A stretch of DNA of 63,184 nucleotides, filler included, from Trichomonas gallinae (lineage: Eukaryota): assembly GCA_008369845.1 (NCBI GenBank). It is 5 parts of 5 records of this genome, joined end to end, with 100 filler letters (N's around TTAATTAATTAA, not from the genome) between each part and the next. Parts side by side here need not be neighbours in the genome. Positions count along the whole stretch, not along the records: positions 1 to 28,395 come from MRSU01000442.1; positions 28,496 to 54,453 come from MRSU01000452.1; 3 more parts are not named here. The stretch is one strand, 5' to 3'. Under the pieces are notes generated by a model. That model saw only the letters and a list, made by a program, of their open reading frames with translations, was not told the origin of the DNA and searched no databases. A program made the translations under genes and the position numbers. Below are positions 20,850 to 31,715 of the stretch, one piece after another; within the stretch, counting starts at the first letter, position 1; each line of letters starts with the position of its first letter.

Positions 20850-21899
20850 ATGATTATCTTGCTATTTCTCATTCGTACTTCTATCTCGATTAACATGATT
20901 CCAATTCCCGAGAATGATCCGATACTTTCAACGATGAATTGTACGACTTTTATCTCGAATCTTACAACATTGTATTATAAATTCGATATTACTCCAGCTG
21001 ACAACTTATGTTTACAAGTGAATGGTGGTGCTGTCGTCAAGGGGACGCAGTTTCAATTAGCATACTATGATGAAATACATGGCCCATCAGATTTTCAACC
21101 TGCATTTTCTGTTTTCTTTAGCGATACATCCAAAAACGTTGTTCGTATTATAAGTACACAGCAGCAGACAATAGCAATATATAATATTGTTCCTACATTT
21201 CAAAATAATTTAAATGTTTATATGTCTTCAAAGCCAAAATTCTTCGAAAATGTACTCCAAGAAACAGATGGTATTATATTTATCCATTTTTCAGACTATT
21301 CGTCTATTACCTACAGTGTTGATATGAGTCCATCAGTAGTTGCACTATATAATAGTAAGTTTATTGCCGATGGATTCTCAACTACCAGCCCTTATTTCAT
21401 TAGCTATTTACAAGGAGCTGTACTTACAAGCGGTCTTGGAAAAACCTTGAAAGTTGATATAAATTCAAATGCTCAAGCATGGCCAAACGAATTTGATGGT
21501 TTTTTCGTAACTAAGCTACCGCAAATGCTTGAAGTTTCTTCATTAAGGGAATTTGGTATTAGTTATTGGATTTATATTATTATTTTCATTGCTGCTATTG
21601 TTGTTGTCACTATTATCGTCACTATTATAGTTATATGTCTGAAAAAGAAGCGTGTCCGCCAACAAAACGAAGAAGAAGAGGAACATGCTGAACAAAATCG
21701 CAGAAATATCAATTTTCAACAATATCTTCCAGATAACTTAGCTGCAAACTTCCAGCCTGGATTCCCTGCTCAGGAAATAAACGCTCCAGATGAAACCAAG
21801 AATGAAATGTTTGTTAAATACCCTGAACCTGAGCCAGTGAAGGTAAAAGCTTCAGATAAAGAGGATGAGAATGTTCCAAATGTTAATCCTTATCAATAA
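20850..21899 (+). CDS. Type I membrane protein with long cytoplasmic tail
   Basis: ATG 20850 gives leader MIILLFLI; TM YWIYIIIFIAAIVVVTIIVTIIVICL followed by KKKR; Pro/Gln/acidic tail ending NPYQ. Confidence 0.8.
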   Translation: MIILLFLIRTSISINMIPIPENDPILSTMNCTTFISNLTTLYYKFDITPADNLCLQVNGGAVVKGTQFQLAYYDEIHGPSDFQPAFSVFFSDTSKNVVRIISTQQQTIAIYNIVPTFQNNLNVYMSSKPKFFENVLQETDGIIFIHFSDYSSITYSVDMSPSVVALYNSKFIADGFSTTSPYFISYLQGAVLTSGLGKTLKVDINSNAQAWPNEFDGFFVTKLPQMLEVSSLREFGISYWIYIIIFIAAIVVVTIIVTIIVICLKKKRVRQQNEEEEEHAEQNRRNINFQQYLPDNLAANFQPGFPAQEINAPDETKNEMFVKYPEPEPVKVKASDKEDENVPNVNPYQ

Positions 21900-22168
21900 T
21901 TTTGTTGTTATTAATAAAATATCATTACTGTCGCGAATATGCTCGTATTTGAAGTTACCTCTTCGTGATTAGTTGTTTTATATCAAAAAATTTGACTTTC
22001 ATCAGAAAAATTCGAATTTATATGAGAAATATTGATTTTTCTACCCGCAAATTAATATTTGGAAATGCAAAACTAAATATTTATCCAAATACCTGGGAAA
22101 CCAGGCCAGGAAAAGAATGAAGAAAGAAAATTAGGTAAAAACTGTAAGAATTATATCAAACGAACCGT

Positions 22169-22489
22169 TTAAGCATACTTCTTGATGAAGTCAACGACCT
22201 CCTGCTTTGTCTTGCGGTCGCGGCTGACAAAGCGGCCGACTTCCTTGCCATCCTTGTAAACAAGGAAGGATGGGATGCCGAGAACGTCGAGCTCCTGGAA
22301 GAGATCTGTGTTGTTGTCACGGTCGACCATGATGAACTTGAACTGGGAGAACTCCTTCTCGATATCTGGCATGTGTGGCTTGATGAACTTGCAGTCGCCG
22401 CACCACTCAGCTGTGAAGAAGAGGACATAAGCGCCCTGGGCGAGCTTCTGCTCGAGACCAGCCTTGTTCATTGGAGCGAGAGCTTCCAT
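22169..22489 (-). CDS. Thioredoxin, bacterial YtpP-like (WCGDC)
   Basis: FFTAEWCGDCKFIKP...VDRD...GIPSFLVYKDGKEVGRFVSRDRKTKQEV. ATG 22489 follows a TCATT Inr; strongly C/G-ending codons. Confidence 0.9.
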   Translation of the reverse strand: MEALAPMNKAGLEQKLAQGAYVLFFTAEWCGDCKFIKPHMPDIEKEFSQFKFIMVDRDNNTDLFQELDVLGIPSFLVYKDGKEVGRFVSRDRKTKQEVVDFIKKYA

Positions 22490-23529
22490 TATTAAAATGA
22501 CACTTTTATATTTCAATTAATGTAAACTTATTTAACCTTATTTTTATATCACCTCACTTTTAAAATGATCCCCAAAAATATCTCTAATATCCTAAAAGGC
22601 ATCTAAAAAATTAACTTGTCCAGCCAATTATAAAAAGTGGCCACAATAATTAATTTTTTGTTATATATATCCTATTTCTTTTATAATATATTTGTGAACT
22701 GAAAAAAAAAATCTATTCATTTATGATTGGCGAGGAAAGGAATCAAAATCTTCAATTATTTCGATCGAGACATTAATGTTGTTAAGAGTACACCCTGTGG
22801 ATGGCAACTATCTTGTATTGGCTCTTAATTAGCCTGCAATATATTGTCATCATTAATCATCAGCCATTTTGCTGAAATGGTTCACTCTTTTACACTCTAT
22901 ATATGGATGTTAATTGAATCATACCATGTATTTACGTAAATTTTTTAAATGAATATATATGGATCGAAACTCCCGACATGATATCATTTGAATGCTAGTA
23001 ACACATCCCAGATAGATTGGTTAATAAAATTCTAGAGCCATTTCTAGTCAAACCATCCTCTGCATTGAATCTTATTTTCCTTATCATCCTACAAGATTCA
23101 AATACTTATAACTTGCATCTACAGTAGATCTCACTTATTGATACACGGCTTCTAATCACTAGTTCAACTTGATGAATTAAAAAATAAATCAAACATCAAA
23201 ACTAGAACAAATCAAGTTCACAGCATGTTCATATATCGATAAAACTACTGAATTTTCACTTATTATAAGTATATTTTAATATCAAAATATAAAATCTTCA
23301 TTATAGGATTATTACCAATCTCTTGCAAATAGATATATATAAATAGATGAATATAAGTCGATATTGACTATTACATTGCGTAAAAACAAAGTAATAAAAT
23401 ACAAGCAAAAATTCATTTTAATTTCATATTTCATGAATTTTTATTCTAAGTTTACCATTTACACATTATATTTGTTTCGTTTCAGAGTATTTTTTTACTT
23501 TGCCCACTTCAGTGATTTTCAATTCGTAA

Positions 23530-24414
23530 ATGGATGACTTCATAGGCTATGAAGGATCATGGAGTGGATTCGTTGACTATAGTAAATGCTATCACAAAGT
23601 GAAAATACTCACAGTAATCACGCAATCAATAATTATTTTCGGAGCAATTGTCTCTATGCTTCCTCAAGTTATAAAAGTTGTTCGACGCAAAACTAGTCAC
23701 GGAATTGCTCATTTGTTCGGCTTTTTGTCGGCAATGCAGCATATTTTTGTTGTCTGGAATTATTTTTTCCTACATAATGCAGATTTCATAGGATTATTAC
23801 AAGTACCTTTCGGGTTTGCATGGCAGCGATTCTTATCATTCCTTAATTACTTCGTAATTTTTATATTTTATCTTCCTGTCTTTCATTTGCTTGTTCAGCT
23901 ATTTGATAGAGCTTACAGGAAAAATTACAGCGCAACTACAAATAGAAGAAGCTTTATTATGATTGTTTCATTACTTTTGATTTATTATATAAGCGTTGGA
24001 GTTATATCAGTTATATTTTTCGTTACTGGATTCTTAAAAGGATATCATTCAGAAGCCATTCAATCAATTGGCAAGATAATCGGAACTTCTGCGATATTCT
24101 TCTCAGTAACACACTATTTACCTCAATTCATTACAACATGTAGACTAAAAGGAGAAGGATCGCTTTCTATAATCATGTTATCTCTTCAAGCTCCAGGAGG
24201 ATTAATCAGTGCTGCAGTTATGGCTTTTGGACAGCGCGAGCATTGGTCTACATTCTTATGCATGCTAGTTGCATCTGCTCAACAAGTCCTTTTGCTTGTT
24301 TTGTGTATTTTCTATAAATGTCGCAATATGAAGCATCACCACCAACTTAGAATCGACAAATACTCAGAAACAACTACACCATTCGCTCATGCCGATACTG
24401 AATCAAAATTATGA
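23530..24414 (+). CDS. PQ-loop repeat 7-TM transporter family protein
   Basis: Two PQ motifs (MLPQVIKVVRRKTSHGI; YLPQFITTCRLKGEGSLS) and several TM segments. Confidence 0.85.
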   Translation: MDDFIGYEGSWSGFVDYSKCYHKVKILTVITQSIIIFGAIVSMLPQVIKVVRRKTSHGIAHLFGFLSAMQHIFVVWNYFFLHNADFIGLLQVPFGFAWQRFLSFLNYFVIFIFYLPVFHLLVQLFDRAYRKNYSATTNRRSFIMIVSLLLIYYISVGVISVIFFVTGFLKGYHSEAIQSIGKIIGTSAIFFSVTHYLPQFITTCRLKGEGSLSIIMLSLQAPGGLISAAVMAFGQREHWSTFLCMLVASAQQVLLLVLCIFYKCRNMKHHHQLRIDKYSETTTPFAHADTESKL

Positions 24415-25550
24415 ATATTATTTGATTAATGTTTTTCATGCGTATTATCATATCTGTTACTCGTAAAATCATCAACATCATACCAGAGTTGATTATATAT
24501 GATCAACACTTTACAATATTTATTACATTTGAAAATATATTTTATTTTTTTGAAAAACAATATATGTATATACATTCAAAAACCTGAAATGGGTAGATAA
24601 ACTGCTTTATGTTTATTTTTGAACCTCTAAGACCACGTAATTGAGGATAATAATAAGACAGATATTGGAATACGTAAAAATCATAAGGATGAACTAATAC
24701 AGCAGTGTGTTAATATTGATCCTATTTTGCACATGTTGCAATTATTGACAGGAGTAATGTCCATTATGAATTGAAATAATTTGATTTCCTCGCAGTGATA
24801 GGATATTTATTTGAAAACTTTGTCAAATGCATTACTATATAACATAAGGCATGCGGACGGATCCAAAAATACCATTAATCTTGTCTTTATTTTTTATGTA
24901 AGAAAAAATATTTTTGAAAAATAGTTTAGTATAGGCCATTAACAATCAATTGATCGATACCAAACTGTGAGGAGACTAAAATTTGAGAGAATAACGTTAG
25001 ATGAATCGTTAATTTCCCATCATCGATTTAAAGTCATCTAGAAGCATTACAGTTTTCATATCTATTCCTGTTCAAATTAACTTTTCAATTAGGGGGATTT
25101 CTGTCAAATATATTTAAATATTCAATTATAATGCCCATTTGTCACGCATTAAAATAAAACTAAAATGATTATTTTTGACATCTCCATTGAAAAATAAATT
25201 GAGAATGATAAAATAATGATTAAAATGCATTCAACATAATGTAAATATCACATCGATAACCAAAATGTTTTATATTTGTTAAAAAGACGAAACTTTTGGA
25301 TATATGAAATCTACTAATAGCAATGTAATATAATATAACAAAAATTAGCCATTCGTAATTTGAAAATAGATGAAATGCTGATTAGTTGATATTTAGAATA
25401 TATAGGTGATTTGGATGGAGAAAAACATAAAATTAGCCGATTTGGTTTTGCCGATTCAGATTAAATGAATATACATTCAATTTTTGAGAAACAATTTTTC
25501 TGAGGTTTCTTTGAAAATCGAAAAATTTCAAAAACATTAATTTCGCTTCG

Positions 25551-26024
25551 ATGATAGTGATTAGCGTACAATCGATGACAGGTGAAACTCAGCATATAAT
25601 GGTATGGCCTACAGATCAGATAAAAAGAATGATACATCAATATTTCTCAGAAGAAGAATCGAATTTCCATATCAGATTCATATATAAAGGTCAAGTACTT
25701 AATGATGAGCTTTCCTTTGGATACTATTCCATTCAAGATGGCGACAGAATCATTGTTTTCCTGAAAAAGAAAAATCATCTAATCGAAAACCACACACCAA
25801 AGTCCAGGAAACCTATCAGCATGAAGAAGATCGAGATCATGGAGAGAATCAAATCAGAAGATAGGTTTTTCTCTTTTTACGAATCATCGAGAATTCTTCC
25901 AAAAGTCCTCAAAGAGTCAATGAAGATTATCGAGCAGCGTGAAATTGCCACACAAGAGCATCATGAGACTATAATTCCCCCAGAATACTATTCTATCGAC
26001 AAGCCGACTTCCATTCTTCGATAA
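25551..26024 (+). CDS. Ubiquitin-like domain protein
   Basis: N-terminal UBL fold: IRFIYKGQVLNDELSFGYYSIQDGDRIIVF. Confidence 0.75.
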   Translation: MIVISVQSMTGETQHIMVWPTDQIKRMIHQYFSEEESNFHIRFIYKGQVLNDELSFGYYSIQDGDRIIVFLKKKNHLIENHTPKSRKPISMKKIEIMERIKSEDRFFSFYESSRILPKVLKESMKIIEQREIATQEHHETIIPPEYYSIDKPTSILR

Positions 26025-26687
26025 TTCCTCAATTCCTTCAGCTAATATAAGCGGAAGGTAGAAGTTTATCGAAATGTGAGCGAATCTATCTATCAAAATA
26101 CATTTGTATGTATTTTTATTAATCATCGAACTATTGGTTTGATTAAAGATACATTAATCATGAATATAACAAGCAAAAGCAGGTAGTGTTGAGCTGTTAC
26201 AGCCTATCCATTTATATCTATTGATAATAATATCAATTAATTCTTTTCAACGATGAATATGAGAGTATTATTGGAGAAGTGTTAAAATATCAATTATTTG
26301 TTTATTTAGATTTTTGATTCCAAAGGAAAATCATTATAAAAATTGTCATTTTGTATAAATCTATAATAATTTTTTAAAAAAATAGCAAAATCCGAAAAAC
26401 TGTGATTTGTTTAAGTAGCACGAGTTCAATGGAAATTCATGGGGAAAAATCATTTTTGACAAAAAATCGATTTTAAAATTACCAAAAAATCTGAAATTTT
26501 GGTGAACCTCAGTTCGAAAACTTCGTGTTATAACAAACCCATATCCAAATTAAGCTTTTATAGATTTCATGTAAGGAAAAAAAAAAAAAAAACGAAATAA
26601 CGTATTATAGTAATTTTAAACTAAATCCTCCATATTTTGATCGCGCAGAATTGAATGATGAAAATTTCGCAAAAAAAATTTTATATA

Positions 26688-28031
26688 ATGAGTTTGTTGA
26701 AGATCGAAGGTTTATTAGAGCAAAGTAAAATTGTTGATGGAAGCATCATCTCAGATTCACTTTCTAATATCCTTCAAGAGCTTTGCCAACTCGTAACCCT
26801 TCAGGGCGATCAAATTAAAATGCTTATGGAGAATAAAACAAACAATGACCAAGAAATGTCGAGATTTATCACGCAGGACGAGTACAATGAAGAAATGTCG
26901 AAACTAAACAATACATTATCGAATATCAATACTAGCCTAATAGAATTAAAAACAGATTTTTCAGCAAATATCGAACAGCAAGTCAATAATTTGGAAGCGA
27001 AAATCAATACTATACAAAACAATCTGACCGAGGGTGATTCAAAAATAGAAAAAGACGTCGAATTTCAAACAACATTATTAAATAAACTTTTTACAAAGCA
27101 CGAAGGACAATTAAAGCAGTTAACCAATGACTTCGACAGCCTGAAAGGAGATGTTGAACATTTCACGAAAGAAATCAAATCGCTTAAAAATTCGCCAGTG
27201 AAAGATGTATTGTCACAAATTGCAAGTTTTGAAGAAAGATTATCAAAAATTCCGGAGCAATTCGATGTTTTAGAGAATAATTTCCGTACGTCAAACATCA
27301 GTTTAGTACAAAAAGTTAATGATTTAACAAATAATATGACAAAATTCGAAGAACAAGTTCGACACGAGTTGATTGATATCAGACGCATGACAGTGGACTT
27401 CCCTACATTTACTGTTGATGGAAAACTCGATACTCCATCATTAATCAATGCTGTCAATCGAGATACACGCAGAATTGATTCATTTAACGAAATGATTTCG
27501 ACACTAGGAAACAATTTCAATGGACTCTTAAGCAAATTTGAACTTCTTGAGACACATTTCCAAAATATGGAATATTCTATGTGTGAATTCTCAAATGTTG
27601 TTCAAAACACTACGAATTCACTTAGCAAACGCAGTGATACTAATCATTCTCATGTTAAGCAGCTCGGAAAAGAACTTAAAGTTATTTATGAAAATATTTC
27701 TAATTTTGCACGTCAAAGTGCTGAAGTTTTGGAACATGACACAAATGTACTCACTAAAATAATCACACATGTCGAAAAAGTAACAAACAGACCGTTTCCT
27801 AATATATCTGGTTATGATGAATTTTATCATGATCAAAATGATTTATATAACAGTATCGGAAAATGCTCAGATGACTTCAACAAGACTATTTTCAGGGCAA
27901 TGAAGTCCGATTTCGATAAAATTCCAGAACAATTTATTTATTTGCCGAGCAATGAAGTCGATGATAACTACAAAGCTCTATCTGCTGAGAAAGCTGAGGA
28001 GAATAGAAAACAAGCTGAGAAAACAAGCTGA
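26688..28031 (+). CDS. Long coiled-coil hypothetical protein
   Basis: Heptad-rich ORF. Likely start MSLLKIEG at 26688 (track start 26655). The stop follows a 13-bp tandem duplication. Confidence 0.7.
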   Translation: MSLLKIEGLLEQSKIVDGSIISDSLSNILQELCQLVTLQGDQIKMLMENKTNNDQEMSRFITQDEYNEEMSKLNNTLSNINTSLIELKTDFSANIEQQVNNLEAKINTIQNNLTEGDSKIEKDVEFQTTLLNKLFTKHEGQLKQLTNDFDSLKGDVEHFTKEIKSLKNSPVKDVLSQIASFEERLSKIPEQFDVLENNFRTSNISLVQKVNDLTNNMTKFEEQVRHELIDIRRMTVDFPTFTVDGKLDTPSLINAVNRDTRRIDSFNEMISTLGNNFNGLLSKFELLETHFQNMEYSMCEFSNVVQNTTNSLSKRSDTNHSHVKQLGKELKVIYENISNFARQSAEVLEHDTNVLTKIITHVEKVTNRPFPNISGYDEFYHDQNDLYNSIGKCSDDFNKTIFRAMKSDFDKIPEQFIYLPSNEVDDNYKALSAEKAEENRKQAEKTS

Positions 28032-28315
28032 GATCAAAAAAGAATTGCGATTATTTTCTTCAATACAATGAGAACTTCTAGATGTATGAAGATATGATAG
28101 CATGAATTGTTTATTTTTTAATTAAAAATGATATTATCATGATATTTATGACTTATAGGAACAATTATAACAAAAACATATACAAATCACAAATTAATCT
28201 CACAATTAACAATTGTCTGCTGTTAAGAATGATAATAGTATTCTTATTATTGAAAACATTGGTATGGATACCATTTATCAATGCTAAATTCTTACTGAAA
28301 AAAGAAAAATAAACT

Positions 28316-28387
28316 TTCCGATACGGGGAGTCGAACCCCGATCCTGTGGATGAAAACCACATATCCTAACCGCTGAACGATATCGGA
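28316..28387 (-). tRNA. tRNA-Glu(UUC)
   Basis: Reverse complement TCCGATA-TC-GTTCAGCGGTTAGGAT-A-TGTGG-TTTTCAT-CCACA-GGAT-CGGGGTTCGACTCCCCG-TATCGGA-A: complete 72-nt cloverleaf, anticodon TTC. Confidence 0.95.
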
Positions 28388-28395
28388 CTTACATA

Positions 28396-28495
28396 NNNNN
28401 NNNNNNNNNNNNNNNNNNNNNNNNNNNNNNNNNNNNNNNTTAATTAATTAANNNNNNNNNNNNNNNNNNNNNNNNNNNNNNNNNNNNNNNNNNNN
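28396..28495. other. Artificial contig linker
   Basis: N44-TTAATTAATTAA-N44 (stops in all six frames); identical at four positions in the window. Confidence 0.97.
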
Positions 28496-28780
28496 GTCGC
28501 TAAGCAGCTCAAGAAGCAGCACCTCACACTCAAGGGCCACCGTGAAGACGAGAAGCGCCTTGAGAAGACACTCGCCCGCTATATCCCAACAGCTGCCGCT
28601 CTCGGTGGTATCCTTGTCGCCCTCCTCTCATTCGTCGCTGACTTCCTTTCTGCTTTCGGTTCTGGCACAGGTATCATCCTCGCCGTCTCCATCATCAACC
28701 AGTTCACAGCTGAACTCAGCAAGGAAATGGCTGGATCCGGTCTTATTGGCATCCTTAAGAATGCTGCTGGCGCGCATTAA
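28496..28780 (+). CDS. SEC61A: Sec61 alpha subunit, C-terminal fragment (5' end cut at contig edge; not in the ORF track)
   Basis: Frame from 28496: VAKQLKKQHLTLKGHREDEKRLEKTLARYIPTAAALGGILVALLSFVADFLSAFGSGTGIILAVSIINQF...AGAH*, the SecY/Sec61alpha TM9-10 signature. Confidence 0.93.
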   Translation, partial: VAKQLKKQHLTLKGHREDEKRLEKTLARYIPTAAALGGILVALLSFVADFLSAFGSGTGIILAVSIINQFTAELSKEMAGSGLIGILKNAAGAH

Positions 28781-28924
28781 TCACTCAACAAAACGATTTT
28801 TCTTTTTTTATAAACACAACACACATTTTATATATTACAAATTGTTTCATCATCTCAATACGAACTCATTCATTCTTTGCATTAGTTGCAACTAAAATTG
28901 AACAAATTATTACAATATATTTTA

Positions 28925-29084
28925 TTAGTTCTCATCCTTATCTTTATATGCCTGTTTCTGTTCTTCTGAAAGCTCATACCACATTTCACCAAGCATCTTT
29001 GCAGCACGAGCTCGCATTTGGAAATTTTGCCATGATTTGCAGTTGATATTCATGACAAAATGTAAGGTATTGAGATTTATTCAT
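28925..29084 (-). pseudogene. Frameshifted single HMG-box gene
   Basis: MNKSQYLTFCHEYQLQIMAKFPNAS, then a shift near 29010 into RAAKMLGEMWYELSEEQKQAYKDKDEN*. Matches the HMG box pattern YxxFxxExRxxIxxxxP...AKxLGEMWxxLSxEEKxxY. Confidence 0.75.
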
Positions 29085-29859
29085 GGCAAATACTGAATTT
29101 CTCCTCCAAATCAAATCTGACACTTTACAAAAACGGGAATTTTCCAACAAGGATATAAGCATTAGAGAAGATTTAAGAATTAGCTGCTGAGTTTTATCTA
29201 TTCCTTTTGTGCGTATGTGTCTTTGGTATGCTAAATACAATTTTCTCTTGATACTTTAAAGTTGGCAACATTTTTGCATTTTTTAGTTAATGTTATATTT
29301 CCGAAGTAAAAACGTCTCAATTCAAAATCATTACCTACAAAACTATTAAATCATATATTACTCATTTTTCGAAGAGTGATAAAGACCAGAAAAGTGATTC
29401 TTATGTTTTAAATGTTGTTTTATTTCATCAAAAAACTATCCAAAAGACGATTATTTTCATTCAAATTTCAATGTAATATAAACTGAGAATAATCATAAAT
29501 CATACATATCAATATTTCACATATTTTAACGTGAGTTTTTGCACCCGTATAATTACTCGCAGCAAAAATATCTTTTATGCTATAATAATTTTAAATGTTG
29601 CTAAAGAATTAAAATTACAAAAAAAAAAAAATACGGCTTTTGAGTGAAATAAAAAAGTGTCCATAACTTCAAACTAATGCAAATGTTTGAAGTCAGAGTA
29701 CCATGCATTAGTTTGAATACAATTCCATAATTTGAATATATACTACATCATATGGTTCGATATTTGTAAAATGACAAATTAACATCTGACACTTCCCACT
29801 TTAATTTACAGTCTCCCCCTTCTTTAGAAAGAATTTTAAAATCTGTCACTTTTTAGAAT

Positions 29860-31281
29860 TTGATTTCTGTTATTTCTTATTCTTTATCAAGTTCTTGGGC
29901 CGATTATTTCCAAAGTAGTGATTACTACCAAGTCACAGGAGAGTCCCCACAACCATATCAAACGACAAATCAAAATGTTTATTTACACGAAACATACATA
30001 AGCGGATTCACAGCCTCAGTTGTTGCAATCAATGCTCAAAATCCACTGAACTTTCTTGTTGAAGATGTGTATTTTGAAAGAAATTCATTTGCAACAATAC
30101 CAGGCGCTATCGATATTCGCACTTCAGGAGGTGATGCGCACATGAATAAGGTTGGTACATTCGACGACTCGGCTTCAATTACCTCAGGCTATGCAACTTT
30201 CGCATTATTCAGGCTTAAAGAAGATTCTAATAGTACAATTACCTTCCTATCATCACTAAAAGCTGATGATAGAGAAAAAACAGCCGTTTCGAACATTATG
30301 GTGAAAAGTACAGCATCATTATCAAATACAAATATCTCGCGTTCGTGTTCTCCAATACTTTACCTACAAATACATACGCCATCGATATTTTCCTACAATA
30401 ATTTTGAGAACTGTTATGTTATTACTCGCACAGAAACAACCTGGGTTTCCTTAGCAAATATTTCGTACTCAAATTATATACGTAATCGAATTTTGAATAC
30501 AGGATCACATGAAAATGCCAATATAAGGTCAGGATCTAATGATAATTTAGCTGATACTACATATATTACAAATTGCTGTTTTTTTAATAATGAAGTTAAT
30601 TATATAGTTTACTCATTAAATCCATTAGTTTGCAGTAACTGCTATGTTGACACCGGCCATTTCCATGGAGCAAATGAAATTCATACTTTACATATCGCTT
30701 CAACAGTAGTTATGGAAGTTTTATCTACAGGAGCAATAGTATCGCGAAATTTTGCTACACCAACATCATCGAAAACATCTACACCGAAATCACTGAAAAC
30801 ATCTACGCCAGAATCAATGCAAACTTCTCCACCAGCGAATATTGCAACACCACAACCAGCGAATACAAATAATTCCAAAAATATTGCTGCGAAATATGAT
30901 TCATCACACAACTTTAACGATGCTGTAATATTTATCACGTCTATAGCTGCCATTGCTATAATTTCTAGTGTCATAATCTGGCTCGTTGTTAAATGCGCTA
31001 AATTCCGTAAAATAAAGAAATCTAAGTCCCAAAGACTCCTTAAAAATGATGACGAGGAAACACAAACAGAGTCAATGCATAAAGATACAAAAAGACTCCT
31101 TAAAAGTGATGAAGAAAAACCTAAAGAAACAAAATCTAAAGATACAAAAAGACACCAAGATAAAAATAATAATAAATCAACTAAAAATGTGGCAGCACAA
31201 CCAGCTAAAGCATCTGAAGCTAAAGAAGAAGAAACTGATTCTGATTTTTCAGTCAAAATTGAAGCAGATGATTCTGATTAA
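29860..31281 (+). CDS. Beta-helix/Pmp-like type I surface protein lacking an ATG at the expected start
   Basis: Frame opens at TTG after an in-frame TAG; signal-like N-terminus, FxxN motifs, S/T/P stalk, TM (AVIFITSIAAIAIISSVIIWLVV), and charged tail with an internal KRLLKxDxE repeat. Confidence 0.7.
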   Translation: MISVISYSLSSSWADYFQSSDYYQVTGESPQPYQTTNQNVYLHETYISGFTASVVAINAQNPLNFLVEDVYFERNSFATIPGAIDIRTSGGDAHMNKVGTFDDSASITSGYATFALFRLKEDSNSTITFLSSLKADDREKTAVSNIMVKSTASLSNTNISRSCSPILYLQIHTPSIFSYNNFENCYVITRTETTWVSLANISYSNYIRNRILNTGSHENANIRSGSNDNLADTTYITNCCFFNNEVNYIVYSLNPLVCSNCYVDTGHFHGANEIHTLHIASTVVMEVLSTGAIVSRNFATPTSSKTSTPKSLKTSTPESMQTSPPANIATPQPANTNNSKNIAAKYDSSHNFNDAVIFITSIAAIAIISSVIIWLVVKCAKFRKIKKSKSQRLLKNDDEETQTESMHKDTKRLLKSDEEKPKETKSKDTKRHQDKNNNKSTKNVAAQPAKASEAKEEETDSDFSVKIEADDSD

Positions 31282-31715
31282 TTAATTTTTACAACACACC
31301 ATAACCAATTTCATACATATAAGGATTGACTTAACGACTGCGAAAATTCGTTTATTTGCAATGAGCATTCAACCAAGCTCAGGAGAAATTTGTCAAAGGC
31401 TAGTGTTATAATGATATTCATCAAATCAAGTAAATCTAAATCATGATGAATGTACCAAATCAATTGTAATGACAAAAATTTTTTTGCTTTTTAATGAATT
31501 CAATCTATTTTTTCTGGAAAATAAATACATATAGAAACAATATATATTATTATGCTGCTTCATTAAATTAATTAGATAACTCAATGGAACTGTTTATTTA
31601 TGTTTTGTTCCTCAATAACAACAACATACATAAAATGGTTATCATTATAAAAAAAAAAAATAGATAAAATGCGCAACAACTTAAATATTTAAATAGATGG
31701 GAAAGAAACATAAAA

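Noticed and set aside
20605..20853. 82-aa ORF with repeated CHF
   Set aside because: By-product of the TGTCACTTT array; TTG start, inside a promoter region.
28542..28895. 117-aa Ser-rich ORF
   Set aside because: Wrong frame; the real frame is Sec61alpha from 28496.
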